NCBI GenBank assembly: GCA_030615855.1
Contig: JAUWYL010000009.1
Location: forward strand, 1-38,512
DNA length: 38,512 bases
From: a bacterium
GTDB lineage: Bacteria > UBP18 > UBA7526
Reading direction: 5' to 3'
The notes below the pieces were generated by a model that saw nothing but the letters and a program-made list of their open reading frames with translations, searched no databases and was not told the DNA's origin. Of the stretch, positions 17,144 to 25,255 are shown in pieces. The position numbers and the translations under genes are program-made. Within the stretch, counting starts at the first letter, position 1. Every line of letters begins with the position of its first letter.

Positions 17144-18547
17144 TTAGAGCACTTTTTTCAGGCGTTCTATGGTTCTCTCTTTGCCCAGGAGCTCGATGGT
17201 CTCAAATAATGGGGGGCTTATTGTCTGTCCAGTGAGGGCTACTCGGATGGCCTGGGCTCCTATCTTAGGCTTTATCTGGAATACTTCTAATTCTTTCCTA
17301 ATTATTTCTTCTATCCCCCTCTCCTTAAATTGTTTTAACTCAGATAGTTTCTCTTTTACTTCTTTTAAGAAGGGCTTGATTTCTTTCTTTAAGAACTTCT
17401 CTTTTACTTTCTTATCAAAGGTTATTTCTTCAGTGAAGAAGAATCCAGCATAATCTATGATCTGGCCGATATACTTCAGACGCTCTCCCACTGCCCTTAC
17501 AATCCTTTCTATCCATCTCCTCCTTTCTGGACTAATCTCCTTTGGCAGAAGTTTCTTCTTCTTTAGATAATCGGTGACCAAATCTACAATTTTTTCTGGA
17601 GCGGTCTCTTTAAGATAGTGGCCGTTCATCCACTCTAACTTTTTGGGATCGAAGACCGCTGGGTTTCTGCTCACATGCTCTAAGGAGAACCTTTCGATTA
17701 GCTCTTCTTGAGTAAAGAGCTGCTTTGACTCATGCGTCCCCCAGCCAAGAAGAGCAAGGTAGTTTATTAGGGCCTGGGGTAGATACCCCATCTCTCTATA
17801 CTGACTGACCGCCACCGCCCCATGACGCTTGGATAGGGGTGTATGGTCGCTTCCCAGGATCATGGGGAGGTGAGCAAACTTAGGTAGATCAAAGCCTAAG
17901 GCCTGATAGACCAGTATCTGTCTGGGGGTATTGGGAAGATGGTCCTCTCCCCTTATTACATGGCTGACCTTCATCAAAACGTCATCGATGATGCAGGCAA
18001 AGTTATAGGTAGGAACATCATCCGATTTGAGCAAGACGAAATCATCCAGGAGTTTGTTCTCAAACTCAATCTTTCCTCTAACTACATCATTCAGGATCGT
18101 CTTTCCCGTTGAGGGCGATCTAAGCCTCAAAGCAGGCTTCCTTCCCTGTCTGGTATATTCCCTCTTTTGTTCCTCAGTTAGATTGCGGCACCTCCCGTCA
18201 TACCTATAGGCTCCCTTTCTTCTCCTATCTTTGAGCTCTTCTGGAGTGCAGTAACAGAGATAGGCCTTTCCTTCTTCTAAGAGTTTATCACCATATTTCT
18301 TATAGATATCCAATCGTTCCATCTGGAAGTATGGCCCCTCATCCCACTCTAAATCCAGCCACTTCATACTCTCTAGGATATCAGCAATCGACTCCTTTGT
18401 TGACCTCTTTTTATCCGTATCCTCAATACGCAGGATGAACTTGCCCTTATGATGCCGGGCAAAGAGCCAGTTAAAGAGAGCGGTCCTCACTCCCCCGATA
18501 TGGAGACGTCCTGTTGGAGATGGCGCGAATCTTACCCTAACTTCCAT
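17144..18547 (-). CDS. gltX: Glutamate--tRNA ligase
   Basis: RFAPSPTG, HIGG and LSKR motifs. Confidence 0.97.
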   Translation of the reverse strand: MEVRVRFAPSPTGRLHIGGVRTALFNWLFARHHKGKFILRIEDTDKKRSTKESIADILESMKWLDLEWDEGPYFQMERLDIYKKYGDKLLEEGKAYLCYCTPEELKDRRRKGAYRYDGRCRNLTEEQKREYTRQGRKPALRLRSPSTGKTILNDVVRGKIEFENKLLDDFVLLKSDDVPTYNFACIIDDVLMKVSHVIRGEDHLPNTPRQILVYQALGFDLPKFAHLPMILGSDHTPLSKRHGAVAVSQYREMGYLPQALINYLALLGWGTHESKQLFTQEELIERFSLEHVSRNPAVFDPKKLEWMNGHYLKETAPEKIVDLVTDYLKKKKLLPKEISPERRRWIERIVRAVGERLKYIGQIIDYAGFFFTEEITFDKKVKEKFLKKEIKPFLKEVKEKLSELKQFKERGIEEIIRKELEVFQIKPKIGAQAIRVALTGQTISPPLFETIELLGKERTIERLKKVL

Positions 18548-18557
18548 CCTTCACTCC

Positions 18558-19826
18558 TCAGGTCCTATAATGAGCATTGATCTTCACATAATCCGAGGTT
18601 AGATCACAGGTCCAAATCTTAGTATTTTCTTTTCCCAGATTTAAATCCACTATTATCTTAATCTCTTTCCCCTTTAGAATCTTCTTTGCCTCCCTCCGGG
18701 TCAGAGACCCTCTTGGGTCGGAGACTTCTTCACTGAATTTAGCGCTACAACCTTTGGAGGCTAACTTTAAATCCCCAAGATAGATATCTACTTTGTTCTC
18801 TTCTATTTTGACTCCGCTATTCCCGATGGCAGCCATTATTCTTCCCCAGTTGGCATCCTCTCCAAAGATGGCGGTCTTAACCAAAAGGGAATTAGCGATA
18901 GAGAAGGCAATCCTCTTTGCATCTTCCAATTTTAGGGCATTTTTGACTTCAATCTCGATGAACTTTGTCGCTCCCTCTCCATCTTTAACAATCATCTTGG
19001 CCAATTTTAGAGTCACTTCATCCAACCCAGAGGAGAACTTCTTAAAGTCTTCATTTTCTTTATCGACCTCTTCATTCTCCGCCAAACCATTGGCCAAAAT
19101 GACAACCATATCGTTGGTGCTCTCTTCTCCATCAACTGTAATCATATTGAATGACTTAGCGATAGAAGACTTTAGTGCCTTTTTCAATAATTCGCCACCA
19201 ATCGCCACATCCGTAGTAATAAAAGAGAGCATGGTGGCAAGGTGAGGGAAGATCATCCCTGCCCCCTTTGCCATTCCTCCAATAACAGACCTCTTACCAC
19301 CTATATTCAACTCTACCGCTACCTCTTTAGGGAAAGTATCAGTGGTCATTATTGCGCTTGCTGCATCACCACCCCCCTCTCCACTCAACTTACCTTTTGC
19401 CTCCTTTATTCCTTCGATAATCTTATCCATAGGCAGGAAAGTGCCGATGGTCCCTGTAGAAGTAACTAAAACATCTTCTTTCTCTATGCCCAGTATTTGT
19501 GCCGTCGCTTGAGTCATCTCTTCTGCATCCTCTAATCCTTTCTTTCCTGTTGCAGCATTGGCAATACCTGAGTTTATGACAATTGCCTGGGCCTTTCCAT
19601 CCTTAATATGTTCGGCACTTACTTTTAGGGGGGCAGCCTTAACCTGGTTAGTGGTGAATAATGCTGTAGCCCTTGCCATAACCTCGGAGTAGATTAAGGC
19701 TAAGTCTTTTGCCGCCTCGGCGGCACCCCGCTTCAGCGGTGGCTTTCCCCCTTTCTTAATCCCACAAGAAATCCCCGCAGCCTTAAAACCGCGGGGAGCA
19801 GTAATCCCACCCTCGATTTCTTTCAT
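18558..19826 (-). CDS. argJ: Bifunctional ornithine acetyltransferase/N-acetylglutamate synthase, with two 11-aa insertions
   Basis: IMTTDT, KGAGMI...ATML, DGEGATK and DANWGR motifs. Confidence 0.95.
   Translation of the reverse strand: MKEIEGGITAPRGFKAAGISCGIKKGGKPPLKRGAAEAAKDLALIYSEVMARATALFTTNQVKAAPLKVSAEHIKDGKAQAIVINSGIANAATGKKGLEDAEEMTQATAQILGIEKEDVLVTSTGTIGTFLPMDKIIEGIKEAKGKLSGEGGGDAASAIMTTDTFPKEVAVELNIGGKRSVIGGMAKGAGMIFPHLATMLSFITTDVAIGGELLKKALKSSIAKSFNMITVDGEESTNDMVVILANGLAENEEVDKENEDFKKFSSGLDEVTLKLAKMIVKDGEGATKFIEIEVKNALKLEDAKRIAFSIANSLLVKTAIFGEDANWGRIMAAIGNSGVKIEENKVDIYLGDLKLASKGCSAKFSEEVSDPRGSLTRREAKKILKGKEIKIIVDLNLGKENTKIWTCDLTSDYVKINAHYRT
18693..18725. repeat. 33-bp palindromic element inside argJ
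   Basis: cctccgggtcagagaccctcttgggtcggagac; encodes VSDPRGSLTRR. Confidence 0.85.
19710..19742. repeat. 33-bp double-hairpin element inside argJ
   Basis: tgccgcc-tc-ggcggca followed by ccccgc-ttca-gcggtgg; encodes PPLKRGAAEAA. Confidence 0.85.
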
Positions 19827-19840
19827 ATCCTTCCCCTTAG

Positions 19841-19940
19841 ACGCGGATAATCACAGATTTTCTACGGATAATCGCGGATAAATCCGTGCTAATCCGTGTT
19901 TAATATACCCAAGCAGTAAGTAAAACGAAAAAATCCGTGT
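19841..19940. repeat. Empty CACGGAT/ATCCGTG inverted array between argC and argJ
   Basis: Four left units, then atccgtg units including the ~50-bp unit. Confidence 0.85.
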
Positions 19941-20987
19941 TCAGGGGGTGATCCCGGGAGATTCTAATCCCAGTGTCTCCTTAAAACCATACATAATATT
20001 CATATTCTGTACTGCCTGACCACTGGCTCCTTTTACTAAGTTATCTATGGCCGATACGATAATGGCCCGATTCGTTCGCTCATCTACTTTAATTCCGACA
20101 TCACAGTAGTTCGATCCATAGACATTTTTTGTCTCTGGAAAAGTGCCTTTCTCCAAGATTCGGACAAATGGTTCCTTTTTATAGAAGTTTTGATATAGTT
20201 TTATGATCTCTTCCTCCTTCATCTTTTTGGTTAAGTTAAGGTAAATAGTAGAGAGTATCCCCCGGTTCATGGGAAGGAGATGGGGAGTGAAGGAAATCTT
20301 GATCTCCTTCTTTGCCAATTTAGATAGTTCCTGCTCTATTTCTGGGGTATGGCGATGGGTAGCGATGGAGTAGGCCTTGACATTCTCATTGCACTCTGGA
20401 TAGTGAGCGACCATAGAGGGAACCCTTCCTGCCCCCGTGGCACCAGATAGAGAATTGGCAATGATATTCTCAGTCTCCACTATCTTATTTACTAAAAGCG
20501 GTGCCACGCCGAGGATAATGCCCGTGGGATAGCATCCAGGATTGGCTATTAGGTTTGCCTTCTTTATCTTCTCTTTATAGAGCTCTGGTAATCCATAGAC
20601 CGCTTGGGGGTTTAGTTTCTTACTCTCTTCTGTATGGGGAGCATACCACTCTTCATAGATCTTAAGGTCGTCAAAGCGGAAGTCGGCACTTAGATCAATG
20701 ACCTTCTTCCCCAACTTGATGAATTGGGGCACAAACTTCAAGGATACCTTATGGGGAAGGGCAAGGAATATGAGATCACTCTCCTTTGCCATATCATTAA
20801 TATCTAAATCAGTACATACCAAATTGATCCTTCCCTTTAAAGAAGGAAAGATATCGGATATTTCCTGAGGTTTTCCATCCATCTTGGCCGCTAATTTGGT
20901 AATCTTTACCTCCGGATGGCCCAGAAGTATCCTGATGAGTTCTATTCCGGCATATCCTGTAGCACCAGCAATCCCTACTTTAATCAT
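19941..20987 (-). CDS. argC: N-acetyl-gamma-glutamyl-phosphate reductase
   Basis: GATGYAG, ANPGCYPT and DNLVKGASGQA motifs. Confidence 0.96.
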   Translation of the reverse strand: MIKVGIAGATGYAGIELIRILLGHPEVKITKLAAKMDGKPQEISDIFPSLKGRINLVCTDLDINDMAKESDLIFLALPHKVSLKFVPQFIKLGKKVIDLSADFRFDDLKIYEEWYAPHTEESKKLNPQAVYGLPELYKEKIKKANLIANPGCYPTGIILGVAPLLVNKIVETENIIANSLSGATGAGRVPSMVAHYPECNENVKAYSIATHRHTPEIEQELSKLAKKEIKISFTPHLLPMNRGILSTIYLNLTKKMKEEEIIKLYQNFYKKEPFVRILEKGTFPETKNVYGSNYCDVGIKVDERTNRAIIVSAIDNLVKGASGQAVQNMNIMYGFKETLGLESPGITP

Positions 20988-21007
20988 CTTTCCCTCACTT
21001 TGTTCGG

Positions 21008-21181
21008 AAGTAAAAAGTAAAAAGTAAAAATTTGAAAACTGTTAACAGAAATCTGAAAACTGTAGTGAAATTAGAAACCGGAAAACTGTTTTCGGTTTTC
21101 TCTACTGATTTCTGTTTTCTAATAACCGATTTCCGTCCTCTCCAGATAACCGACTATTGACTATGGACTATTGACTATTGA
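21008..21181. repeat. Compound short-repeat region (AAGTAAA x3; GAAAAC/GTTTTC inverted array; GACTATT x4)
   Basis: Units read directly in the rpsI-argC spacer. Confidence 0.8.
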
Positions 21182-21193
21182 TCTCGTCCATCG

Positions 21194-21601
21194 TTATCGT
21201 TTCGTCCACTGGAAGCGCTTCCTAGCTCCCTTCTGACCGTACTTCTTCCTCTCCTTCATCCTGGGATCCCGGGTCAAAAGTCCTGCCTTCTTTAATATTG
21301 GTCCAAAGGATTCGTCTGCCTGGGTTAGGGCACGAGAGATGCCATGTCGCAGGGCCTCTGCCTGACCGGAGTTCCCTCCCCCATTCACCCGAACGAAGAT
21401 ATCGAATTTATCACCTGTTTTAGTAATTTCCAAAGGCTGCTTAATGATTATTCTCTGAATCTCCTGAGGGAAGTATTCCTCCAAAGGCTTCCTGTTAACG
21501 AGTATCTGCCCCTTCCCGGGAATTAGTCTCACCCTTGCTATGGCATCCTTCCTTCTCCCTGTTCCCTGATATTGGGTTATCTTTTTCTGTTTCTTAACCA
21601 T
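21194..21601 (-). CDS. rpsI: 30S ribosomal protein S9
   Basis: GTGRRK, GGGNSGQ and ERKKYG...QWTKR motifs. Confidence 0.97.
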   Translation of the reverse strand: MVKKQKKITQYQGTGRRKDAIARVRLIPGKGQILVNRKPLEEYFPQEIQRIIIKQPLEITKTGDKFDIFVRVNGGGNSGQAEALRHGISRALTQADESFGPILKKAGLLTRDPRMKERKKYGQKGARKRFQWTKR

Positions 21602-22040
21602 TTATTTTTTTCACCTCTATTTGAACCGGATTCTGTGCCTCATGAGGATGCTCGTTCCCTTTATAGACCCTTAGTTTTTTAAACATTGCTCTTCCCAATT
21701 TCGTCTTGGGAAGCATCCCCTTGACTGCCAATTCTATTACCTTCTCCGGCTTCTCTTTTAATAACCTATCATACCTTATGGACTTCAACCCTCCCGGATA
21801 ACCAGAGTGACGGCGATAGTACTTCTGCTCCAACTTTTTCCCGGTTAGGACGACTTGAGAGGCGTTGATTACTATTACGTGATCCCCGGTATCGACATGT
21901 GGAGTATAGATAGGCTTGTGCTTTCCTCTCAAGATGGTAGCTGCTTTTACTGCTACCTTACCCAGGACCTTTCCTTTGGCATCTATGATATACCACTTTC
22001 TCTTAATATCCTCTTTCTTAGCACTATATGTCTTCTCCAT
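21594..22040 (-). CDS. rplM: 50S ribosomal protein L13
   Basis: [15 protein letters not shown] and HSGYPGG motifs. Start moved to ATG 22040. Confidence 0.97.
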   Translation of the reverse strand: MEKTYSAKKEDIKRKWYIIDAKGKVLGKVAVKAATILRGKHKPIYTPHVDTGDHVIVINASQVVLTGKKLEQKYYRRHSGYPGGLKSIRYDRLLKEKPEKVIELAVKGMLPKTKLGRAMFKKLRVYKGNEHPHEAQNPVQIEVKKING

Positions 22041-22064
22041 ATTTTTCTCCCTAATTAACTTCAA

Positions 22065-22093
22065 ATTATATTATAAAATCAATTCTCTGTCAA
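22065..22093 (-). promoter_or_regulatory. Consensus sigma70 promoter of rplM-rpsI
   Basis: TTGACA-17nt-TATAAT. Confidence 0.9.
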
Positions 22094-22122
22094 CCCCACC
22101 CCTCCCTTAGACAAGATAGGTA

Positions 22123-22189
22123 ACCACGGATTTCACAGATTCTCACGGATTAATACTTAAAAATCTGTCCAATCCGTCTAATCCGTGGT
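22123..22189. repeat. Empty CACGGAT/ATCCGTG inverted array
   Basis: cacggat, cacagat, cacggat followed by atctgt, atccgt, atccgtg. Confidence 0.85.
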
Positions 22190-22220
22190 TTCATTGAAGT
22201 TCCGGAGCTTAGATATAAAC

Positions 22221-22249
22221 ATTATGTCACAAAGCAGGAGCGGGGTCAA
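22221..22249 (-). promoter_or_regulatory. Second, upstream sigma70-type promoter
   Basis: TTGACC-17nt-CATAAT with a TG extension. Confidence 0.65.
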
Positions 22250-22303
22250 GTTTTGCTTTTTAATTCCTAAAAACGAAGATAATTCATCTCTCGTATAGAA
22301 ACA

Positions 22304-22340
22304 ACAAAAAGGGGTTTCGATGGTTCGAAACCCCTTTTGT
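22304..22340. terminator. Intrinsic terminator after the SPFH gene
   Basis: aaaaaggggtttcga-tggt-tcgaaaccccttttg. Confidence 0.85.
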
Positions 22341-22363
22341 CTGCTACAGGAAAATAATATCCC

Positions 22364-23260
22364 TTAACTCTTTTTCTCTTCCTTTGGAGTTTCCTTCGTC
22401 TCCTTGAACAATTCGCTTATGCCAGCTATGCTTCCCAGAACCCCGGTTGTCTCTAATGGCAGGAAAATCTTAGTCGCCTTGCCATCGGCAATCTTCTGCA
22501 AAGCCTCAAGGTACTTTATGGCAACTAAGTCATTGGTCGGTCTCCCCTTATGTATGGCTCCATAAACGTTTTCAATGGCTTGGGCCTCACCCTGAGCAAC
22601 GAGAATCTTAGCCTGTCGGCTGCCTTCTGCCCTCAGAATCTCGGCCTGCTTCTCACCGTCTGCTCTTAGGATAGCGGCCTGTTTTACTCCCTCAGCCTCC
22701 AGGATGACAGCTCGCTTTGTCCTCTCCGCCTTCATCTGTCTGCTCATGGCCTCAGTAATATCCTTAGGTGGATCGATCTTCTGAAGTTCGACCCGGGTGA
22801 CTTTAACCCCCCATTTATCCGTGGCTTCATCCAGCACCATGCGAAGTTGCTCATTTATTCGGTTACGTGAAGTCAGGGTCTGGTCAAGTTGCATCTCACC
22901 GATAACATTTCTCAGGTTGGTCTGGGCCAATTTTAAGGCAGCTAACTCAAAACGCGCTACATTATAGGTGACCTTGAAGGGATCGGTTATCTGGAAGTAA
23001 ATGACGGCATCTACGGTAACCAAAACATTATCCTTGGTGATTACATCCTGGGGCGGCACATCGATGACCCGTTCCCGCACATCCACCTTCCTGATGGTTT
23101 CTATCAAGGGGAAGATGAAGGCCAGTCCGGAATCCTCAGTGCGCACAAACTTACCCAGCCTCTCTACCAGACCCTTTTCAAAGGGACGGATGATCCGCAG
23201 GGCCTTGGTCCCAAAGATAATTACCAGGACAACCAAGCCAATAATTACTGGTCCTATCAT
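22364..23260 (-). CDS. SPFH/band-7 (QmcA/stomatin-like) membrane protein
   Basis: VERLGKF, QDVITKDNV, WGVKVTRVE and QMKAER motifs. Confidence 0.92.
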   Translation of the reverse strand: MIGPVIIGLVVLVIIFGTKALRIIRPFEKGLVERLGKFVRTEDSGLAFIFPLIETIRKVDVRERVIDVPPQDVITKDNVLVTVDAVIYFQITDPFKVTYNVARFELAALKLAQTNLRNVIGEMQLDQTLTSRNRINEQLRMVLDEATDKWGVKVTRVELQKIDPPKDITEAMSRQMKAERTKRAVILEAEGVKQAAILRADGEKQAEILRAEGSRQAKILVAQGEAQAIENVYGAIHKGRPTNDLVAIKYLEALQKIADGKATKIFLPLETTGVLGSIAGISELFKETKETPKEEKKS

Positions 23261-23279
23261 AATACTACCTCCTTTCTCT

Positions 23280-23717
23280 TCATTTTTGAACTACTAAGTG
23301 GGTTCCTTTTACCTCCCGTATCTTCACCTTTTCTCCCGCGGCGATCCTTTCCTTAGCTTCCGCACGCCACTTCTCACCTTCCACTATAACCATACCCATC
23401 TTCTCGGGTTCGATCGTCTCCACTACCTGAGCCTCTTTGCTCAGCAATGCGTCAATAGTGGTGCGCTTTGCCGAAACCTTTTTTTCCAACCTGCGAACTA
23501 AGGGGCGACTACCTAAAATTAAAAGCGCAGAAAGGATAACAAAGACCAGCCAGGAAACCCACCAGATTTCAGTGAAGAGGGTACTGATCCCGGCTAATAG
23601 GGCCCCCAATCCTAAGCAGACAAAGAAGAAGGTGCCTGGTGTCAAAATCTCGGCAATGATGAGAATTACACCGGCGGCAACCCAGTAAACCCAGGGATCA
23701 ATGGTAAAAGGATTCAT
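23280..23717 (-). CDS. NfeD-like (YbbJ-type) membrane protein
   Basis: AEILTPG, TM segments and a C-terminal GEKWRAE OB-fold; paired with the SPFH gene. Confidence 0.9.
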   Translation of the reverse strand: MNPFTIDPWVYWVAAGVILIIAEILTPGTFFFVCLGLGALLAGISTLFTEIWWVSWLVFVILSALLILGSRPLVRRLEKKVSAKRTTIDALLSKEAQVVETIEPEKMGMVIVEGEKWRAEAKERIAAGEKVKIREVKGTHLVVQK

Positions 23718-23760
23718 TTCCCTCCTCCATTATTTAGTATCTTCATTCTCTTATGCTAAA

Positions 23761-23789
23761 ACTCTACCACGACTATTCTATAAAGTCAA
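23761..23789 (-). promoter_or_regulatory. Putative promoter of nfeD-SPFH
   Basis: TTGACT-17nt-TAGAGT with a TG extension. Confidence 0.7.
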
Positions 23790-23830
23790 GTTTAATTTCT
23801 AACGTGATGCTACTTTATCATTCCCAAATG

Positions 23831-23864
23831 CCCGCTAAAGCGGGATTCTGGCTAAAGCCAGAAT
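23831..23864. repeat. Intergenic double-hairpin element
   Basis: cccgc-taaa-gcggg followed by attctggc-taaa-gccagaat. Confidence 0.7.
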
Positions 23865-23882
23865 AGCCCGGGAATGTGGGAA

Positions 23883-24039
23883 CAAGATATCCCCTTCGGG
23901 GATACTTCCATAGGGGTTTTACCCCTCTGGCGGTCGGCAAAGTCATACTTTGCCTCCCTGTCACCCCTTGGGGGAAAGCAGATTCTTTCCCCCAAACCCC
24001 CTAATCCTCAGCATCGGAGTTGTTGAAATTCCGATGCTT
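23883..24039 (-). repeat. 157-bp multi-hairpin repeat (candidate structured RNA), copy 3' of truA
   Basis: About 7 mismatches to 24897-25053; five hairpins. Confidence 0.9.
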
Positions 24040-24044
24040 TGAGA

Positions 24045-24878
24045 CTAATATCCTACTTTTATGAGATAAAGGCCTTTGGCAAGAGCAGTGGGACCGGCGA
24101 ATCTGCGATTGCGGGCCTTTATGATCTCTTTTACCTTAGAAGGACTGATCTTTCCCTTTCCCACCTCAATTAGAGTTCCCACAATGGTGCGCACCATTCC
24201 ATAGAGGAAGCCGTCGGCCTCAACGTTGATAAAAATGGCTCTGCCATTTTTTCGCATATCGCATATTGCATATCGCATATCGCTTTGAGAAGTTATGGAA
24301 AGTTTTGTGATGGTGCGGACTGGACTTCTAACACTAGAGCCTGAGAGTTGAAAAGAGGAGAAGTTATGCTTACCCATTAGATGCTTTGCTCCTTCTCTCA
24401 TGGCCTTTAGATTGAGTTTGTAGGGTCTCCGACCCAGAGGGGTCTCTGCCCCGGAGGGAATATAGAGGACATAATCCTTTAGGAATGGTGAAGGTGTGGA
24501 GTCCTGATAGATGACATATCTATAGTGCTTGCTCTTGGCATCGAATTGGGCGTGAAATCTTTCTTTTACTCGCTGAGCATTTTTGATAGCAATGTCTTTA
24601 GGAAACATACTGTTTAGGGCCTTTTTAAATTCCTCTGGGGTCATCTTGCTCTTTGTCCTGAAGTTTGCCACCTGACCTAAAGCATGAACCCCGGCATCCG
24701 TTCTCCCCGCCCCAATTACTTTAATCTTCTCCTCAGTGATTTTACTCAATGCTGCCTCTAAAACTCCCTGTATCGTCTTCTTCTGAAGCTTGGAGCCTGT
24801 AGCCTGAAGCCTCTCCTGTCTCTGCCACCCCCTATAATTCGTCCCTTCATATTCAATAACGAGTCTTATATTCTGCAT
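24045..24878 (-). CDS. truA: tRNA pseudouridine(38-40) synthase, with three repeat-derived insertions
   Basis: YEGTNYRGWQ, GAGRTDAGVHA and FLYGMVR motifs. Confidence 0.95.
   Translation of the reverse strand: MQNIRLVIEYEGTNYRGWQRQERLQATGSKLQKKTIQGVLEAALSKITEEKIKVIGAGRTDAGVHALGQVANFRTKSKMTPEEFKKALNSMFPKDIAIKNAQRVKERFHAQFDAKSKHYRYVIYQDSTPSPFLKDYVLYIPSGAETPLGRRPYKLNLKAMREGAKHLMGKHNFSSFQLSGSSVRSPVRTITKLSITSQSDMRYAICDMRKNGRAIFINVEADGFLYGMVRTIVGTLIEVGKGKISPSKVKEIIKARNRRFAGPTALAKGLYLIKVGY
24422..24458. repeat. 33-bp palindromic element inside truA (opposite orientation to the dapA and argJ copies)
   Basis: AGGG direct repeats 33 bp apart; removal restores IPYK. Confidence 0.85.
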
Positions 24879-24896
24879 TAATTTGCCCCACTACAC

Positions 24897-25053
24897 CAAG
24901 ATATCCCCTTCGGGGATACTTCCATAGGGGTTTTACCCCTCTGGCGGTCGGCAAAGTCATACTTTGCCTCCCTGTCACCCCCTGGGGGCAAGCAGATTCT
25001 TTCCCCCAGACCCCCTAATCCTCAGCATCGGAATTATTACAATTCCGATGCTT
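24897..25053 (-). repeat. 157-bp multi-hairpin repeat, copy 5' of truA
   Basis: Direct repeat of 23883-24039. Confidence 0.9.
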
Positions 25054-25059
25054 CAAATT

Positions 25060-25088
25060 ATATTATCACAAATCCCTCTTTTCGTCAA
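25060..25088 (-). promoter_or_regulatory. Putative promoter of the repeat-truA transcript
   Basis: TTGACG-17nt-TAATAT with a TG extension. Confidence 0.7.
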
Positions 25089-25089
25089 A

Positions 25090-25139
25090 CCCCATTAGAA
25101 AGCTCTTGTCATGAATTACGTTAGAACTTTCTAACGGGA
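25090..25139. mobile_element. Short degenerate MITE-like element
   Basis: CCCCATTAGAAAG...CTTTCTAACGGGA inverted ends; flanks CAAA/TAAA. Confidence 0.55.
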
Positions 25140-25142
25140 TAA

Positions 25143-25178
25143 ACAAAAAGCCCCCGATTTATCTAGGGGCTATTTTGT
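25143..25178 (-). terminator. Intrinsic terminator of the DUF2089 operon
   Basis: AGCCCC...GGGGCT hairpin followed by TTTTG on the minus strand. Confidence 0.7.
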
Positions 25179-25255
25179 CTTTGTTAAGAAATCTTTTTAT
25201 CTATCTTTTTTTTGTAATTTTATTTTGGCTAAGGAAATCCTTTTTATATAACTGG

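Noticed and set aside
23883-25053. Composite transposon carrying truA
   Set aside because: No transposase, TIRs or TSD, and truA is in a familiar asd...truA...rplM context.
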